From an uncultured Clostridia bacterium (GTDB lineage: Bacteria; Bacillota; Clostridia; Christensenellales; CAG-314), in NCBI GenBank assembly GCA_947053925.1, contig CAMRUG010000002.1, positions 34,461 to 98,460 on the forward strand: a stretch of DNA of 64,000 nucleotides. Reading direction: 5' to 3'. A model generated the notes under the pieces. That model saw nothing but the letters and a program-made list of their open reading frames with translations, did not search any database and had not been told where the DNA came from. Position numbers and translations under genes: made by a program. Within the stretch, counting starts at the first letter, position 1, and every line of letters begins with the position of its first letter. This document shows positions 48,639-58,654 of the stretch, in pieces.

Positions 48639-49208
48639 ATGGAACAAAATGCAATCGGTAAGTTAATTATAGTATCCGGTCCGAGCGGAGCAGGCAAGGG
48701 AACTATTTGCGCAGAACTTATGCGCCAAATGCCCGATCTTGTTATGTCTTGTTCGGTTACAACCCGCGCGCCACGTCCTAACGAAAGAAAGGACAGAAGT
48801 TACTTCTTTGTTTCTAACGAGACTTTTTTGGAAATGGTCCGTAAAAACGAACTGTTGGAATACGACCAACATTTTGAAAACTATTACGGCACGCCCAAAA
48901 AGTTTGTCGAAGATATGCTCAGTTACGGTAAAGACGTTATTTTGGAAATAGACGTCAAAGGCGCATTGCAAGTTAAACAGAATTATCCCGACAGCATTTT
49001 GTTTTTTATAGAAGCGCCTAGCGAACAGGCATTATACGAAAGACTGATTAAACGCGGTTCTGAAAGCGAAGATAAAATACAGATAAGAATGGCAAGGAAT
49101 AAACTCGAACTTGCTCAGCGTTATAAATACGACTATTGCATTTTAAACGACGACGTAGACAGAGCCGTCGGAGAAATTATCCAAATATTGAAAGAAAGGA
49201 GAATATAA
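48639..49208 (+). CDS. gmk: Guanylate kinase
   Basis: GPSGAGKGT P-loop. Confidence 0.93.
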   Translation: MEQNAIGKLIIVSGPSGAGKGTICAELMRQMPDLVMSCSVTTRAPRPNERKDRSYFFVSNETFLEMVRKNELLEYDQHFENYYGTPKKFVEDMLSYGKDVILEIDVKGALQVKQNYPDSILFFIEAPSEQALYERLIKRGSESEDKIQIRMARNKLELAQRYKYDYCILNDDVDRAVGEIIQILKERRI

Positions 49209-49209
49209 T

Positions 49210-49395
49210 ATGATTACTAAACCGCCGATTGACGAATTGACAGAAAAAGCCGGAGATAAATACACTCTTTGCTGTGTTGTTGCAAAACGCGCCAAAGAAC
49301 TAAATAACAGTCCCGAACTTCCGCAGAACAAAAAGCCTATTTCTTATGCGGCGGAAGAATTTGACGATGATACTCTTCAAATTGCAAGAAAGTAA
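49210..49395 (+). CDS. rpoZ: DNA-directed RNA polymerase subunit omega
   Basis: 61 aa; the KYTLCCVVAKRAKEL motif, and its position after gmk. Confidence 0.85.
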   Translation: MITKPPIDELTEKAGDKYTLCCVVAKRAKELNNSPELPQNKKPISYAAEEFDDDTLQIARK

Positions 49396-49402
49396 TTAAG
49401 CT

Positions 49403-50581
49403 ATGAAATTGCAAGGTAAAAATATCGTAATAGGGATAACAGGGGGCATTGCCGTATATAAGGTGTGCCAAGTTGTGCGCGGATTTAAAAAATTGGGCGC
49501 TAACGTTGACGTTATAATGACTGATAACGCCACAAAGTTTGTTGCGCCTTTAACGTTTGAAACGCTTTCAAACAGACCTGTTGTAACCGATATGTTCAGC
49601 CGTTCGTCTCACTGGGAAGTCGAGCATATTTCCCTTGCAAAAAAAGCCGATTTAATGCTCGTTTGTCCTGCTACTGCAAACATTATAGGAAAATATGCCA
49701 ACGGTATAGCAGACGATATGTTGTCTACGACTCTTATGGCAACGACTGCGCCCGTGGTGGTATGTCCTGCAATGAATGTCAATATGTATCACAGTCCCGC
49801 TTTTAAAAACAACCTCGAGTCGCTGAAAAAACGCGGAGTTCTTGTTGTAAACGCCGAAAGCGGTTTTCTCGCCTGCGGAGACAGCGGAGAGGGGCGTATG
49901 GCAGAACCTGATACGATTGTCGACTATTGCGTCGGCGTACTATGTCCTAAACAGGATTTATCAGGTAAACGCATTTTGGTTACTTGCGGCGCAACGGCAG
50001 AAAAATTGGACGATGCAAGATGCATTACTAATTTTTCAAGCGGAAAAATGGGCGCGGCGATAGTCTCTGAGGCATTAAAACGCGGTGCGGAAGTTACGGT
50101 CATTCTGGGTAAACATACTGCAGAAATCGACTGTAGCGCAAATATAGTCAATGTAAATACTACAATTGAAATGTACAATGAAACGATTGACCGCGTTAAT
50201 GATAACGATATCTTTATAATGGCAGGCGCGCCTTGCGATTACAGACCTGAACAGTATTCCCAAACCAAAATAAAGAGTGAAAATCTTACCGTAAAATTTG
50301 TTAAAAATCCTGATATAGCCCAAAAAGTCGGCGAAATCAAGGGTAAAAAATATTTATGCGCCTTTGCTGCCGAAACGGATAACGGCGTTGCGAATGCCCG
50401 TGCAAAATTGACAAAAAAACACGCCGATTTAATTGTTTTAAATAATATTAAAACAAATAACGTATTCGGTAGCGACACTAACTCTGTAACGCTTGTTACT
50501 TCCGATAGCGAGACGGAATATCCCGAAATGAGCAAATCGGATGTGGCAAATCTCATCTTAGACAGGATAAACTCCAAATGA
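49403..50581 (+). CDS. coaBC: Bifunctional phosphopantothenoylcysteine decarboxylase/phosphopantothenate--cysteine ligase
   Basis: N-terminal flavoprotein domain (GITGGIAVYK) plus a CoaB domain. Confidence 0.92.
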   Translation: MKLQGKNIVIGITGGIAVYKVCQVVRGFKKLGANVDVIMTDNATKFVAPLTFETLSNRPVVTDMFSRSSHWEVEHISLAKKADLMLVCPATANIIGKYANGIADDMLSTTLMATTAPVVVCPAMNVNMYHSPAFKNNLESLKKRGVLVVNAESGFLACGDSGEGRMAEPDTIVDYCVGVLCPKQDLSGKRILVTCGATAEKLDDARCITNFSSGKMGAAIVSEALKRGAEVTVILGKHTAEIDCSANIVNVNTTIEMYNETIDRVNDNDIFIMAGAPCDYRPEQYSQTKIKSENLTVKFVKNPDIAQKVGEIKGKKYLCAFAAETDNGVANARAKLTKKHADLIVLNNIKTNNVFGSDTNSVTLVTSDSETEYPEMSKSDVANLILDRINSK

Positions 50582-52776
50582 TATATTCGGTAATAGTAGA
50601 CATATCTGCGAGCGAAGTCGATAGGATATTCGATTACAAGGGCGAAGGTTATCAAGTCGGTATGCGTGTTGCGGTCGATTTTGCCAACCGTAAAAAGGAA
50701 GGGTACATTGTTGCCCAAAAGGAAACAACCGACTGTCCGCTTCACAAACTTAAAGAGATTATCGCCCCGTTAGACGATTTTGCGGCAATTTCTCCCGAGC
50801 AATTAAAACTCGGCGAGTTTATGCGCCGCGAATACCATTTAAGATGGGTCGACGTGTTAAGATTGTTTATTCCTGCCGAAATGCGCGGCAACCGCGTAAA
50901 AACGCTTTCTAAAAAGCAATCGTATTTGACAGCAGATAAGAGTCTTGACGATATTTTAAGTTCACTAAAGCCCAATGCCGCAAAGCAAAGGGATTTGGTG
51001 TCTTTTTTGTATAAAAACGGAGCAACTTTAAACGAGCAACTCAATAACAGTTTCGGTGCTGGCGCGTTAAAAGCGCTAGTTGAAAAAGGAATAGTATCAA
51101 CAAACGAAATTGTGGTACGCCGTTCGCCTTACAAAAATCTCAAAACGGCAGAACAGCAAAAAAAAGTTTTGCTTCCTGCTCAGCAAAATGCGGTCAATAC
51201 GGTACTGTCAAATAAACAAGGCCGTTATTTATTGCACGGAGTAACAGGTAGCGGCAAAACCGAAGTATATCTTACAATTATTGAAAATATAGTTGCGGAA
51301 GGCAAAAGTTGTATTATGCTTGTGCCGGAAATTGCTTTGACTCCCAATATGTTAAGGCAACTGAGAGAGCGTTTCGGCGATAATGTCGCATTATTGCACA
51401 GCGGACTGTCGGTTGGCGAACGTTACGATGAGTGGCTAAGACTGAGAAACGGCGAAGCGCAAATAGCGATTGGCGCAAGAAGCGCGATTTTTGCGCCGTT
51501 GACAAATCTTGGCGCAATAATAATTGACGAAGAACACGATTCCAGTTACATATCCGATTTTAATCCGCGTTATAATACTCTGGAAGTTGCGGAATTCAGA
51601 GCGCAGGAGAACGGTGCCTTGCTTCTTATGGGAAGTGCAACGCCGAGTTTGACTAGTTACTATGCCGCACAAAAAGGACAGTTACGTCTTATAGAAATGC
51701 CCGAACGCATAAACAAGCGTCCGTTGCCTAATGTAGAAATCGTAGATATGGCGGAAGAAACGCGTAGCGGACACAAAGGTATCTTTTCGCGGTTGCTCAA
51801 ACAGCGGCTTCAGGAAACGCTTGATAAAGGCAATCAAGCAATGCTGTTTTTAAACCGCAGAGGTTTTTCCTCTTTTTTGATGTGTACAAAGTGCGGTTAT
51901 GTTGCAAAGTGTGCCGACTGCGACGTTAGTTTGACTGTTCACCGCGAAGACAATATGCTAAAATGTCATTATTGCGGCAAAAAATACTATATGCTTGCAA
52001 AGTGTCCCGAATGCGGGCAAAACAGTTTTAGGCAAGGCAGAATAGGTACCCAGCAAGTAGTGGACTTGTTAAAAGAAATGTTTCCGACTGTAAACGTATT
52101 GCGGATGGATGCTGATACTACACAGACAAAGGAAAGCCACGGTAAAATTTTGGAAGCCTTTGCGCGCGGCGAAGCGCAAATACTTGTAGGTACGCAAATG
52201 ATTGCCAAAGGACACGATTTTCCTAAAGTTACATTGGTAGGCGTACTTGACGGCGACCAAAGTTTGCATCATTCCGATTATTTGGCAACCGAGCGTACTT
52301 TTGAATTGATTACTCAAGTTGCAGGGCGCAGCGGCAGAGATACAGAAACGGGTACGGTCGTGCTTCAAACCTATACTCCCACGCATTACTGTTTGCAACT
52401 TGCGGCGAAACAAGATTATAAAGGATTTTATAAACGGGAAATATCCCTCAGAGAAGCGTCGGCGTTCCCGCCTTTCAGTGAAATTTTAAGGATTCTGTAT
52501 CAAGGCGAAAACGAAAAGGACTGTATAGACGAATTGACTACGCAGTACGCCGATTTAACAAATTTAAAGGCGGATAACTCTCTTGACTTTTTCTATATGG
52601 ACAAGATGAGATGCCCTTTAAAACGTGCGGAAAAGAAGTACCGTTTTCAAATATTGATAAAACTTTCTAAAAACAGCGTCAATAAAATTTTACCGCAAAT
52701 TTATTCGATTTGCGATAACAAAAAACGCTCAAACGTTCAAATTTTCGTCGAGCGCAATCCGCAAAATCTTTCTTGA
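50578..52776 (+). CDS. priA: Primosomal protein N'
   Basis: GVTGSGKTEVY, IIDEEHD and paired Cys-x2-Cys zinc clusters. Confidence 0.95.
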   Translation: MIYSVIVDISASEVDRIFDYKGEGYQVGMRVAVDFANRKKEGYIVAQKETTDCPLHKLKEIIAPLDDFAAISPEQLKLGEFMRREYHLRWVDVLRLFIPAEMRGNRVKTLSKKQSYLTADKSLDDILSSLKPNAAKQRDLVSFLYKNGATLNEQLNNSFGAGALKALVEKGIVSTNEIVVRRSPYKNLKTAEQQKKVLLPAQQNAVNTVLSNKQGRYLLHGVTGSGKTEVYLTIIENIVAEGKSCIMLVPEIALTPNMLRQLRERFGDNVALLHSGLSVGERYDEWLRLRNGEAQIAIGARSAIFAPLTNLGAIIIDEEHDSSYISDFNPRYNTLEVAEFRAQENGALLLMGSATPSLTSYYAAQKGQLRLIEMPERINKRPLPNVEIVDMAEETRSGHKGIFSRLLKQRLQETLDKGNQAMLFLNRRGFSSFLMCTKCGYVAKCADCDVSLTVHREDNMLKCHYCGKKYYMLAKCPECGQNSFRQGRIGTQQVVDLLKEMFPTVNVLRMDADTTQTKESHGKILEAFARGEAQILVGTQMIAKGHDFPKVTLVGVLDGDQSLHHSDYLATERTFELITQVAGRSGRDTETGTVVLQTYTPTHYCLQLAAKQDYKGFYKREISLREASAFPPFSEILRILYQGENEKDCIDELTTQYADLTNLKADNSLDFFYMDKMRCPLKRAEKKYRFQILIKLSKNSVNKILPQIYSICDNKKRSNVQIFVERNPQNLS

Positions 52777-52810
52777 CGGGTTATGATAGAATTTAGGTGG
52801 TAATTACATT

Positions 52811-53263
52811 ATGGCAAGAAGAAACATAGTAAAAATGGGAGATCCGTTGCTCCGTAAAAAATGCAAGGAAGTAACGGAGTTCGACGGTAAGTTGCATCAA
52901 CTTTTGGACGATATGGCGGATACATTGCACTTCGCCGAAGGGTTGGGGCTTGCCGCTCCGCAAGTCGGTATTTTAAAACGGGTCTGTATTGTGGAATACG
53001 ACGGAGTTTTGTACGAACTGGTTAATCCTGTGCTAGTCAAAAGCAAAGGCAAGTGCGTAGACAACGAGGGCTGTCTGTCGGTAGAAGGCTTTAGAGGTCT
53101 TGTCGAACGTCCAAAGCAAATAGACATAACATACTATGACCGTAACGGAGTCAAAACCGATCTTCACGCCGAAGGATATTTTGCACGTGTGTTTTTGCAC
53201 GAAATGGATCATTTGGACGGGATTCTTTTTGCGGATAAAATGATTCGCAAAATAATGGATTAG
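52811..53263 (+). CDS. def: Peptide deformylase
   Basis: GLAAPQ, EGCLS and HEMDHL motifs. Confidence 0.95.
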   Translation: MARRNIVKMGDPLLRKKCKEVTEFDGKLHQLLDDMADTLHFAEGLGLAAPQVGILKRVCIVEYDGVLYELVNPVLVKSKGKCVDNEGCLSVEGFRGLVERPKQIDITYYDRNGVKTDLHAEGYFARVFLHEMDHLDGILFADKMIRKIMD

Positions 53264-53309
53264 TCGGTTTTCTGCTAATACGTTAATAAGTCCTTTTAGG
53301 AGATATTAA

Positions 53310-54236
53310 ATGAAAGTGGTTTTTTTGGGAACGCCGGATTTCGGTATTCCTGCTTTAGAACAAATATCGAAACATCATCAAGTTTTGGCGTGCGTCTGTC
53401 AGCCGGACAAGGTCGGCTCGCGCGGAAAGACCGAGTGTTGTGCGGTAAAGCAGTTTGCCATTCGGCACAATTTTCCGCTTTATCAGTTTGAAAAAATTTC
53501 CCGCGACGGCGTTGATGTATTGAAAGCCTTAAACCCCGATATTATGGTTACAGCGGCTTACGGACAAATTCTGTCTCAGGAAGTAATCGATATTCCCCGT
53601 TACGGAATTGTCAATATTCACGGTTCGCTTTTGCCGGAATTACGCGGCGCCGCGCCGATACAGTACGCCGTATTATTAGGTCTAAAAAAGACGGGCATAA
53701 CAATACTCAATACTGTCCGTAAAGTAGATGCGGGCGATATAATTTTGCAAAAAGAATTGGAAATTAAACCTTACGAAACTAACGGAGAACTGTTTGAGAG
53801 GTTGTCTGATTTGGGCGCGGAAGCGATTGTCGAAGCACTGGATAAAATAGAAAAGGGCACTGTCGTTTATACTCCGCAAAACGAGGAACTTGCAACTTTT
53901 ACGGGAAAAATTACTGCCGAGCAGGAAAAAATTGACTGGTCGTCTTCTTCTGACGATATCATCAATTTAGTCAGAGCGTTAAATCCCAGTCCGGTTGCTT
54001 GGACTACTTACCAAGGCAAACGGCTGAAAATTTATTCTTTAAGACCCGCCGACAAAGAGTATCAAGGCGTTTGCGGACAGGTAGTGGAATGTACAAAGAA
54101 AAGCGTTGCCGTTATGTGCGGCGACGGACGCGCGGTAACAGTACTTGAGTTGCAGGCAGAAAATTCCAAACGTATGGATATTGTAAGTTTCTTGTGCGGA
54201 AGAAAAATTTTACAAGGCGAAATATTGGGCGAATGA
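53310..54236 (+). CDS. fmt: Methionyl-tRNA formyltransferase
   Basis: HGSLLPELRGAAPIQ motif. Confidence 0.95.
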   Translation: MKVVFLGTPDFGIPALEQISKHHQVLACVCQPDKVGSRGKTECCAVKQFAIRHNFPLYQFEKISRDGVDVLKALNPDIMVTAAYGQILSQEVIDIPRYGIVNIHGSLLPELRGAAPIQYAVLLGLKKTGITILNTVRKVDAGDIILQKELEIKPYETNGELFERLSDLGAEAIVEALDKIEKGTVVYTPQNEELATFTGKITAEQEKIDWSSSSDDIINLVRALNPSPVAWTTYQGKRLKIYSLRPADKEYQGVCGQVVECTKKSVAVMCGDGRAVTVLELQAENSKRMDIVSFLCGRKILQGEILGE

Positions 54237-55504
54237 ATACGGCATTTTTAAAGAGTTTTGAAACCTTGCGGCAAGTGTACGGAAACAAAGCATTTTCCGG
54301 CATTGCGCTTAACAAAACTCTTGCTTTTTGTAAAAATCAAGATAAAGCGCTTATCACAAAAATAGTTTACGGAGTATTGGATAACGATATAAAACTTAAT
54401 TATATCATATCTAAATATGTCCGCAAACTGCCCAAAGGCGACACTCTTATTTATTTAAAAATAGGCACTTATTGTCTTATTGAATTGTCTATTCCGTCTT
54501 ATGCGGTGGTAAACGATGTGGCCGAATTGTCAAAACTTTCGGGTGATAAATATACCGTAGGCTTTGTAAACGCAACGTTAAAGAACATTGCTCAGACGGT
54601 AAGAAATTTTAATTCTTATCCCGAAGACAAAGCGGAATATTTGTCTGTTAAATACTCTTATCCGCTTTGGTCTGTTAACAAATTGATTAAAGATTACGGA
54701 TTTGATACCGCTTGCAATATACTCTCTTTTGTGCCCGGCAATAGGCAATCTGCGCGCTTTGTTAATCAAGTCGACTGTTTGGGCGTGCAACAAAAATTCG
54801 GCGTTCAAGCACAAATAACGCCTTTTAGCGACGCTTTTTATATTGTCGGTTCGCTTTGCGGACAGTCGGACGAGTATACGGTTCAAAGTTTGTCATCTAT
54901 GGCTATAGCGCGCATTTGCTCGTCAAAATTAGGTAACGGCAATTTTTTGGACTGTTGCAGCGCACCGGGCGGCAAGGCAGTTTACGTCAAGCAACTTTGT
55001 CCGAATTCCACTGTAACCGCGTGCGATATTCATCAGCACAGAGTACAGTTAATTGACGGTTACGCTAGCCGAATGAATGTGCAAATCGAAACCGTTTGCA
55101 ATGATATGACGGAATATATTGCCGAATGGAACAAACAATTCGACGTGGTACTGTGCGATGTGCCTTGTAGCGGATTCGGCGCCTTGGACAATCATCCCGA
55201 TATAAAATTATTTAGAGAAAATAAGGATATATCCGAACTAATGAAATTGCAATATGCAATTTTGTCGACTTGTTCTAATTACGTTAAAATCGGCGGATAT
55301 TTGGTATATTCTACCTGCACGGTATTCGATAACGAAAACGGTCAGAATATACGCAAGTTTCTAAAAGAACACAGCGACTTTACTTACGACAGAATAGAAC
55401 TCAAAGAATTTCCGAACGCCGACGGTAAACCTTATTATCAATTTTTACCCCATATCGACGGAATACAAGGTTTTTATGTGGCGGTATTAAAACGCACGGA
55501 GTAA
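54233..55504 (+). CDS. rsmB: 16S rRNA (cytosine-C5) methyltransferase RsmB
   Basis: DCCSAPGGK SAM-binding motif and PCSG catalytic motif. The ATGA overlap with the fmt stop supports the start at 54233 (track 54194). Confidence 0.88.
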   Translation: MNTAFLKSFETLRQVYGNKAFSGIALNKTLAFCKNQDKALITKIVYGVLDNDIKLNYIISKYVRKLPKGDTLIYLKIGTYCLIELSIPSYAVVNDVAELSKLSGDKYTVGFVNATLKNIAQTVRNFNSYPEDKAEYLSVKYSYPLWSVNKLIKDYGFDTACNILSFVPGNRQSARFVNQVDCLGVQQKFGVQAQITPFSDAFYIVGSLCGQSDEYTVQSLSSMAIARICSSKLGNGNFLDCCSAPGGKAVYVKQLCPNSTVTACDIHQHRVQLIDGYASRMNVQIETVCNDMTEYIAEWNKQFDVVLCDVPCSGFGALDNHPDIKLFRENKDISELMKLQYAILSTCSNYVKIGGYLVYSTCTVFDNENGQNIRKFLKEHSDFTYDRIELKEFPNADGKPYYQFLPHIDGIQGFYVAVLKRTE

Positions 55505-55507
55505 CTA

Positions 55508-56545
55508 ATGGTCATACTTCAAGACTACAATTTAACAGAACTTACCCAATATCTGACGGACAACTATAATGTTAAGCCTTATGTCGCCAAACAAATTTTT
55601 GAATGGCTGAATAAATCTGTCGATTTTGAAGGTATGACTAATGTGGCGAAATCCGTCCGCTCAGAACTCAAAAATAATTGCATAGCAGTAGCAAGCAGAA
55701 TTGTTAAAACATTGACTTCAACTGACGGCACGCAGAAGTTTTTGTTTGAGCTTTACGACGGCAATGTCGTAGAAGGTGTTTTGATGAAGTACAAGTACGG
55801 CAATACTCTTTGCGTATCCAGTCAAGTAGGTTGCCGTATGGGCTGTAAGTTTTGTGCAAGCACTCTTGACGGACTTGTCCGTAACCTTTCTGCAGGAGAA
55901 ATATTGTCGCAGGTTTTGTCTGTAAACGCTTTGTCGACGGACAAGGAACGGTATGTTACCAATATTGTTCTAATGGGTAGCGGAGAGCCGTTGGATAACT
56001 TTGATAATGTTGTAAAGTTTTTGCATTTAGTAACCGATAAGGACGGGATAAATATTTCCGAACGCAATATTTCGCTTTCTACTTGCGGCGTTGTCCCCAA
56101 AATGAAACAACTTGCAGATATGGGATTTTCGCTTAACTTGACATTGAGTTTGCATAATGCCGATAATGACGAACGTTTGAAGATAATGCCGATAACCAAA
56201 GCGTATTCGGTAGAAGAAGCAATATCGGCTTGCCGTTATTATTTTGAAAAAACAGGCAGGCGCGTTATTATTGAGTATACGTTGATAGACGGTCAGAACG
56301 ATACGCGCGCGCACGCTTTAAAATTAGCCTCGCTAATTCACGGAATGTCTGCGCACGTCAACGTTATTTCTTTAAATCCCGTAAAGGAAACGGGTTTAAA
56401 GGGAACAAGCGAAACAAATCTTAAAAAGTTTTTAAAGATTTTGGAGAGTTTAAATATTTCCGCAACGCGGCGCAGAACGATGGGACAGGATATTGAGGGT
56501 GCGTGCGGACAACTTCGAAGACGCTATTTGGATGATAAAGTATGA
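55508..56545 (+). CDS. rlmN: 23S rRNA/tRNA adenine-C2 methyltransferase RlmN (radical SAM)
   Basis: CRMGCKFC CxxxCxxC motif. Confidence 0.93.
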   Translation: MVILQDYNLTELTQYLTDNYNVKPYVAKQIFEWLNKSVDFEGMTNVAKSVRSELKNNCIAVASRIVKTLTSTDGTQKFLFELYDGNVVEGVLMKYKYGNTLCVSSQVGCRMGCKFCASTLDGLVRNLSAGEILSQVLSVNALSTDKERYVTNIVLMGSGEPLDNFDNVVKFLHLVTDKDGINISERNISLSTCGVVPKMKQLADMGFSLNLTLSLHNADNDERLKIMPITKAYSVEEAISACRYYFEKTGRRVIIEYTLIDGQNDTRAHALKLASLIHGMSAHVNVISLNPVKETGLKGTSETNLKKFLKILESLNISATRRRTMGQDIEGACGQLRRRYLDDKV

Positions 56546-57411
56546 GTAAAAACGGTATTGTAACTAAATTAGTCGGCGGCGTTTTTAACGTAATGGAGGA
56601 AAACGGTAAAGTAACCGTTTGTTATTCTCCCAAAAAATTACGTTATAAAGAAAGCGACGTAATTATAGGCGACAATGTACGCTTCGATACGCTTAAAAAC
56701 GGCAAAGGCATTATTAACAAGATATTGCCCCGCAAAAATAAACTCAGCCGACCGGAGATTGCAAACGTCGACGTTTGTTTTATAGTGGTGGCATCAGAAC
56801 CGCAACCTGATTTGTATTTGGTAGACAAAGTGCTTATTAACTGTTTTCAGGAAAAAATCGAGCCGATAATAGTGGTTAACAAATCTGATATATCGACGGA
56901 ACTGTTTGATGTCATTTGCGATAATTATAAATCCGTTGCCGATATTATTCCCGTATCTGCCTTGAATGAAACGGTAAACGCTCTAAAACCGTTTTTTAGC
57001 GGCAAAACGGCTTGCTTTGCAGGGCAGTCAGCGGTAGGCAAAACGTCGATAATAAACGCGTTGTTGCCCGATTTTTGCGGTGCGGTCGGAAGATTATCTG
57101 TAAAATCCGGCAGAGGTATGCACACGACGCGCCACGCATCCTTGCACAAAGTCAACGACGGTTTTCTAGCGGATACCTGCGGTTTTTCTTTGTGTGATTT
57201 GCATAATATACGTTCGGACGAATTGCGGCTTTATTTGGACGATTTTGTAGAGTGTTCCCGTAACTGTAAATATAACTCCTGTACACATACCGTTGAACCC
57301 GATTGCGCTGTAAAAAAAGCCGTATCAAACGGTAAATTAAATAAAGACAGGTACGACAGATATCTTGAAGAATATAACGAACTTGTCGAAGCAGAGAAGA
57401 ATCAGTATTAA
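56542..57411 (+). CDS. rsgA: Ribosome small subunit-dependent GTPase A
   Basis: Circularly permuted GTPase: NKSD precedes GQSAVGKTS. C-terminal zinc site CKYNSCTHTVEPDC. Confidence 0.92.
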   Translation: MSKNGIVTKLVGGVFNVMEENGKVTVCYSPKKLRYKESDVIIGDNVRFDTLKNGKGIINKILPRKNKLSRPEIANVDVCFIVVASEPQPDLYLVDKVLINCFQEKIEPIIVVNKSDISTELFDVICDNYKSVADIIPVSALNETVNALKPFFSGKTACFAGQSAVGKTSIINALLPDFCGAVGRLSVKSGRGMHTTRHASLHKVNDGFLADTCGFSLCDLHNIRSDELRLYLDDFVECSRNCKYNSCTHTVEPDCAVKKAVSNGKLNKDRYDRYLEEYNELVEAEKNQY

Positions 57412-57565
57412 AGAAGTTAATATGATAATCTGGGCGGGCTTACTGCTTATAGGCAGATTGGAGTCAATTATCGACTTTATATTGCGCTCGGTAAGTTTTG
57501 CATTGTTTTACTTAAATATTTTATTAGATATACTGAGCTAATTCTGTTTAAATACATTAAATATC

Positions 57566-57595
57566 TTGACTGCAAATAGTTGTTTGTGTTAATTT
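57566..57595 (+). promoter_or_regulatory. Candidate promoter of rpe
   Basis: TTGACT (57566-71), an 18-nt spacer and TAATTT, with an extended TG. The predicted 5' end forms a GGAAACAAA/TTTGTTTCC hairpin (57601-57639). Confidence 0.4.
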
Positions 57596-57715
57596 GTTAA
57601 GGAAACAAAAAACTTTTACTTGTATTTCCATTTGTTTCCTAATTGGGCGAAAACAAGTGTTTTGAAAAGCCGACATTGTTTTGTTTTTCAAAAATAGAAA
57701 ACGGAGAAATTGGAA

Positions 57716-58357
57716 ATGAGAAAAATATTCGTAAGCCCATCGATATTATCTGCCGATTGCGCGCGCTTAGAACAGGAATGTAAGTCCTTGGAAAAAAGCG
57801 GTGCGGATTGGATTCATTGCGATGTTATGGACGGCAAGTTTGTGCCGAATATATCGTTCGGTATGCCTGTTATAAATAGCCTGAGAAAGCGTATCGTTAT
57901 TCCATTGGATGTTCATCTTATGATTTGCGAACCGGAAAAATATGTAAAACAGTTTGCCGAAGCAGGCGCAAATATAATAACTTTTCATATTGAATCAACC
58001 GATAAAATAAAACAAACCATTGATATTATCAGGTCTTGCGGTAAGAAAGTGGGAATTTCGTTAAAACCCGATACGCCGCTCGAAGTATTAGAACCGTATC
58101 GCGGTATGTTTGATATGCTGCTTATTATGTCGGTTGAGCCGGGGTTCGGCGGACAGCGTTTTATTGAAACCAGTTTAGATAAAATCCGCAAAGCCAGACA
58201 GTTGTACCCCGACGTTTTAATCGAGGTTGACGGCGGAATAAATAAAACTAACGCTAAAGCTGTGGTAGACGCCGGTGCGGATATTCTTGTAGCGGGAAGC
58301 GCTATTATGAACGCCGCTAATCGAAAAGAAGTTATTGCAGAACTGCGAAAAGTGTAA
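57716..58357 (+). CDS. rpe: Ribulose-phosphate 3-epimerase
   Basis: HCDVMDGKFVPN and MSVEPGFGGQ motifs. ATG at 57716 after GGAGA. Confidence 0.95.
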   Translation: MRKIFVSPSILSADCARLEQECKSLEKSGADWIHCDVMDGKFVPNISFGMPVINSLRKRIVIPLDVHLMICEPEKYVKQFAEAGANIITFHIESTDKIKQTIDIIRSCGKKVGISLKPDTPLEVLEPYRGMFDMLLIMSVEPGFGGQRFIETSLDKIRKARQLYPDVLIEVDGGINKTNAKAVVDAGADILVAGSAIMNAANRKEVIAELRKV

Positions 58358-58409
58358 CGTTTGAAAAATATGCGGCATATATTGTTACAAAAACGATATG
58401 GAGAATGTA

Positions 58410-58502
58410 ATGAAAAACAAAATTTATTGTATCAAATTACCTCAGCCGTTAGGAACTGTCTTAAAGCTTATTTTAGGAAAATTAGTAATAGGTAAGAAAT
58501 AG
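58410..58502 (+). CDS. spoVM: Stage V sporulation protein M (30-aa amphipathic peptide); absent from the ORF track because it is under 60 aa
   Basis: MKNKIYCIKLPQPLGTVLKLILGKLVIGKK aligns with B. subtilis SpoVM (MKFYTIKLPKFLGGIVRAMLGSFRKD). GGAGA RBS, a terminator directly downstream, and conserved rpe-spoVM-rpmB synteny. Confidence 0.8.
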   Translation: MKNKIYCIKLPQPLGTVLKLILGKLVIGKK

Positions 58503-58506
58503 CAAT

Positions 58507-58542
58507 AAGCCGCTAACTGTTTTAACATTTAGCGGCTTTTAT
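58507..58542 (+). terminator. Rho-independent terminator after spoVM
   Basis: AAGCCGCTAA (58507-16) pairs with TTAGCGGCTT (58529-38), followed by TTAT and a T7 run at 58547-53. Confidence 0.65.
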
Positions 58543-58654
58543 ACTGTTTTTTTAAATTCATATTTAAATATTTTATAAAATACAATTAAAAAATTATAAA
58601 ACGGCATACTGACTAAGGAATATTTGCAAGAACACGAAATATTTTATAACAGCT

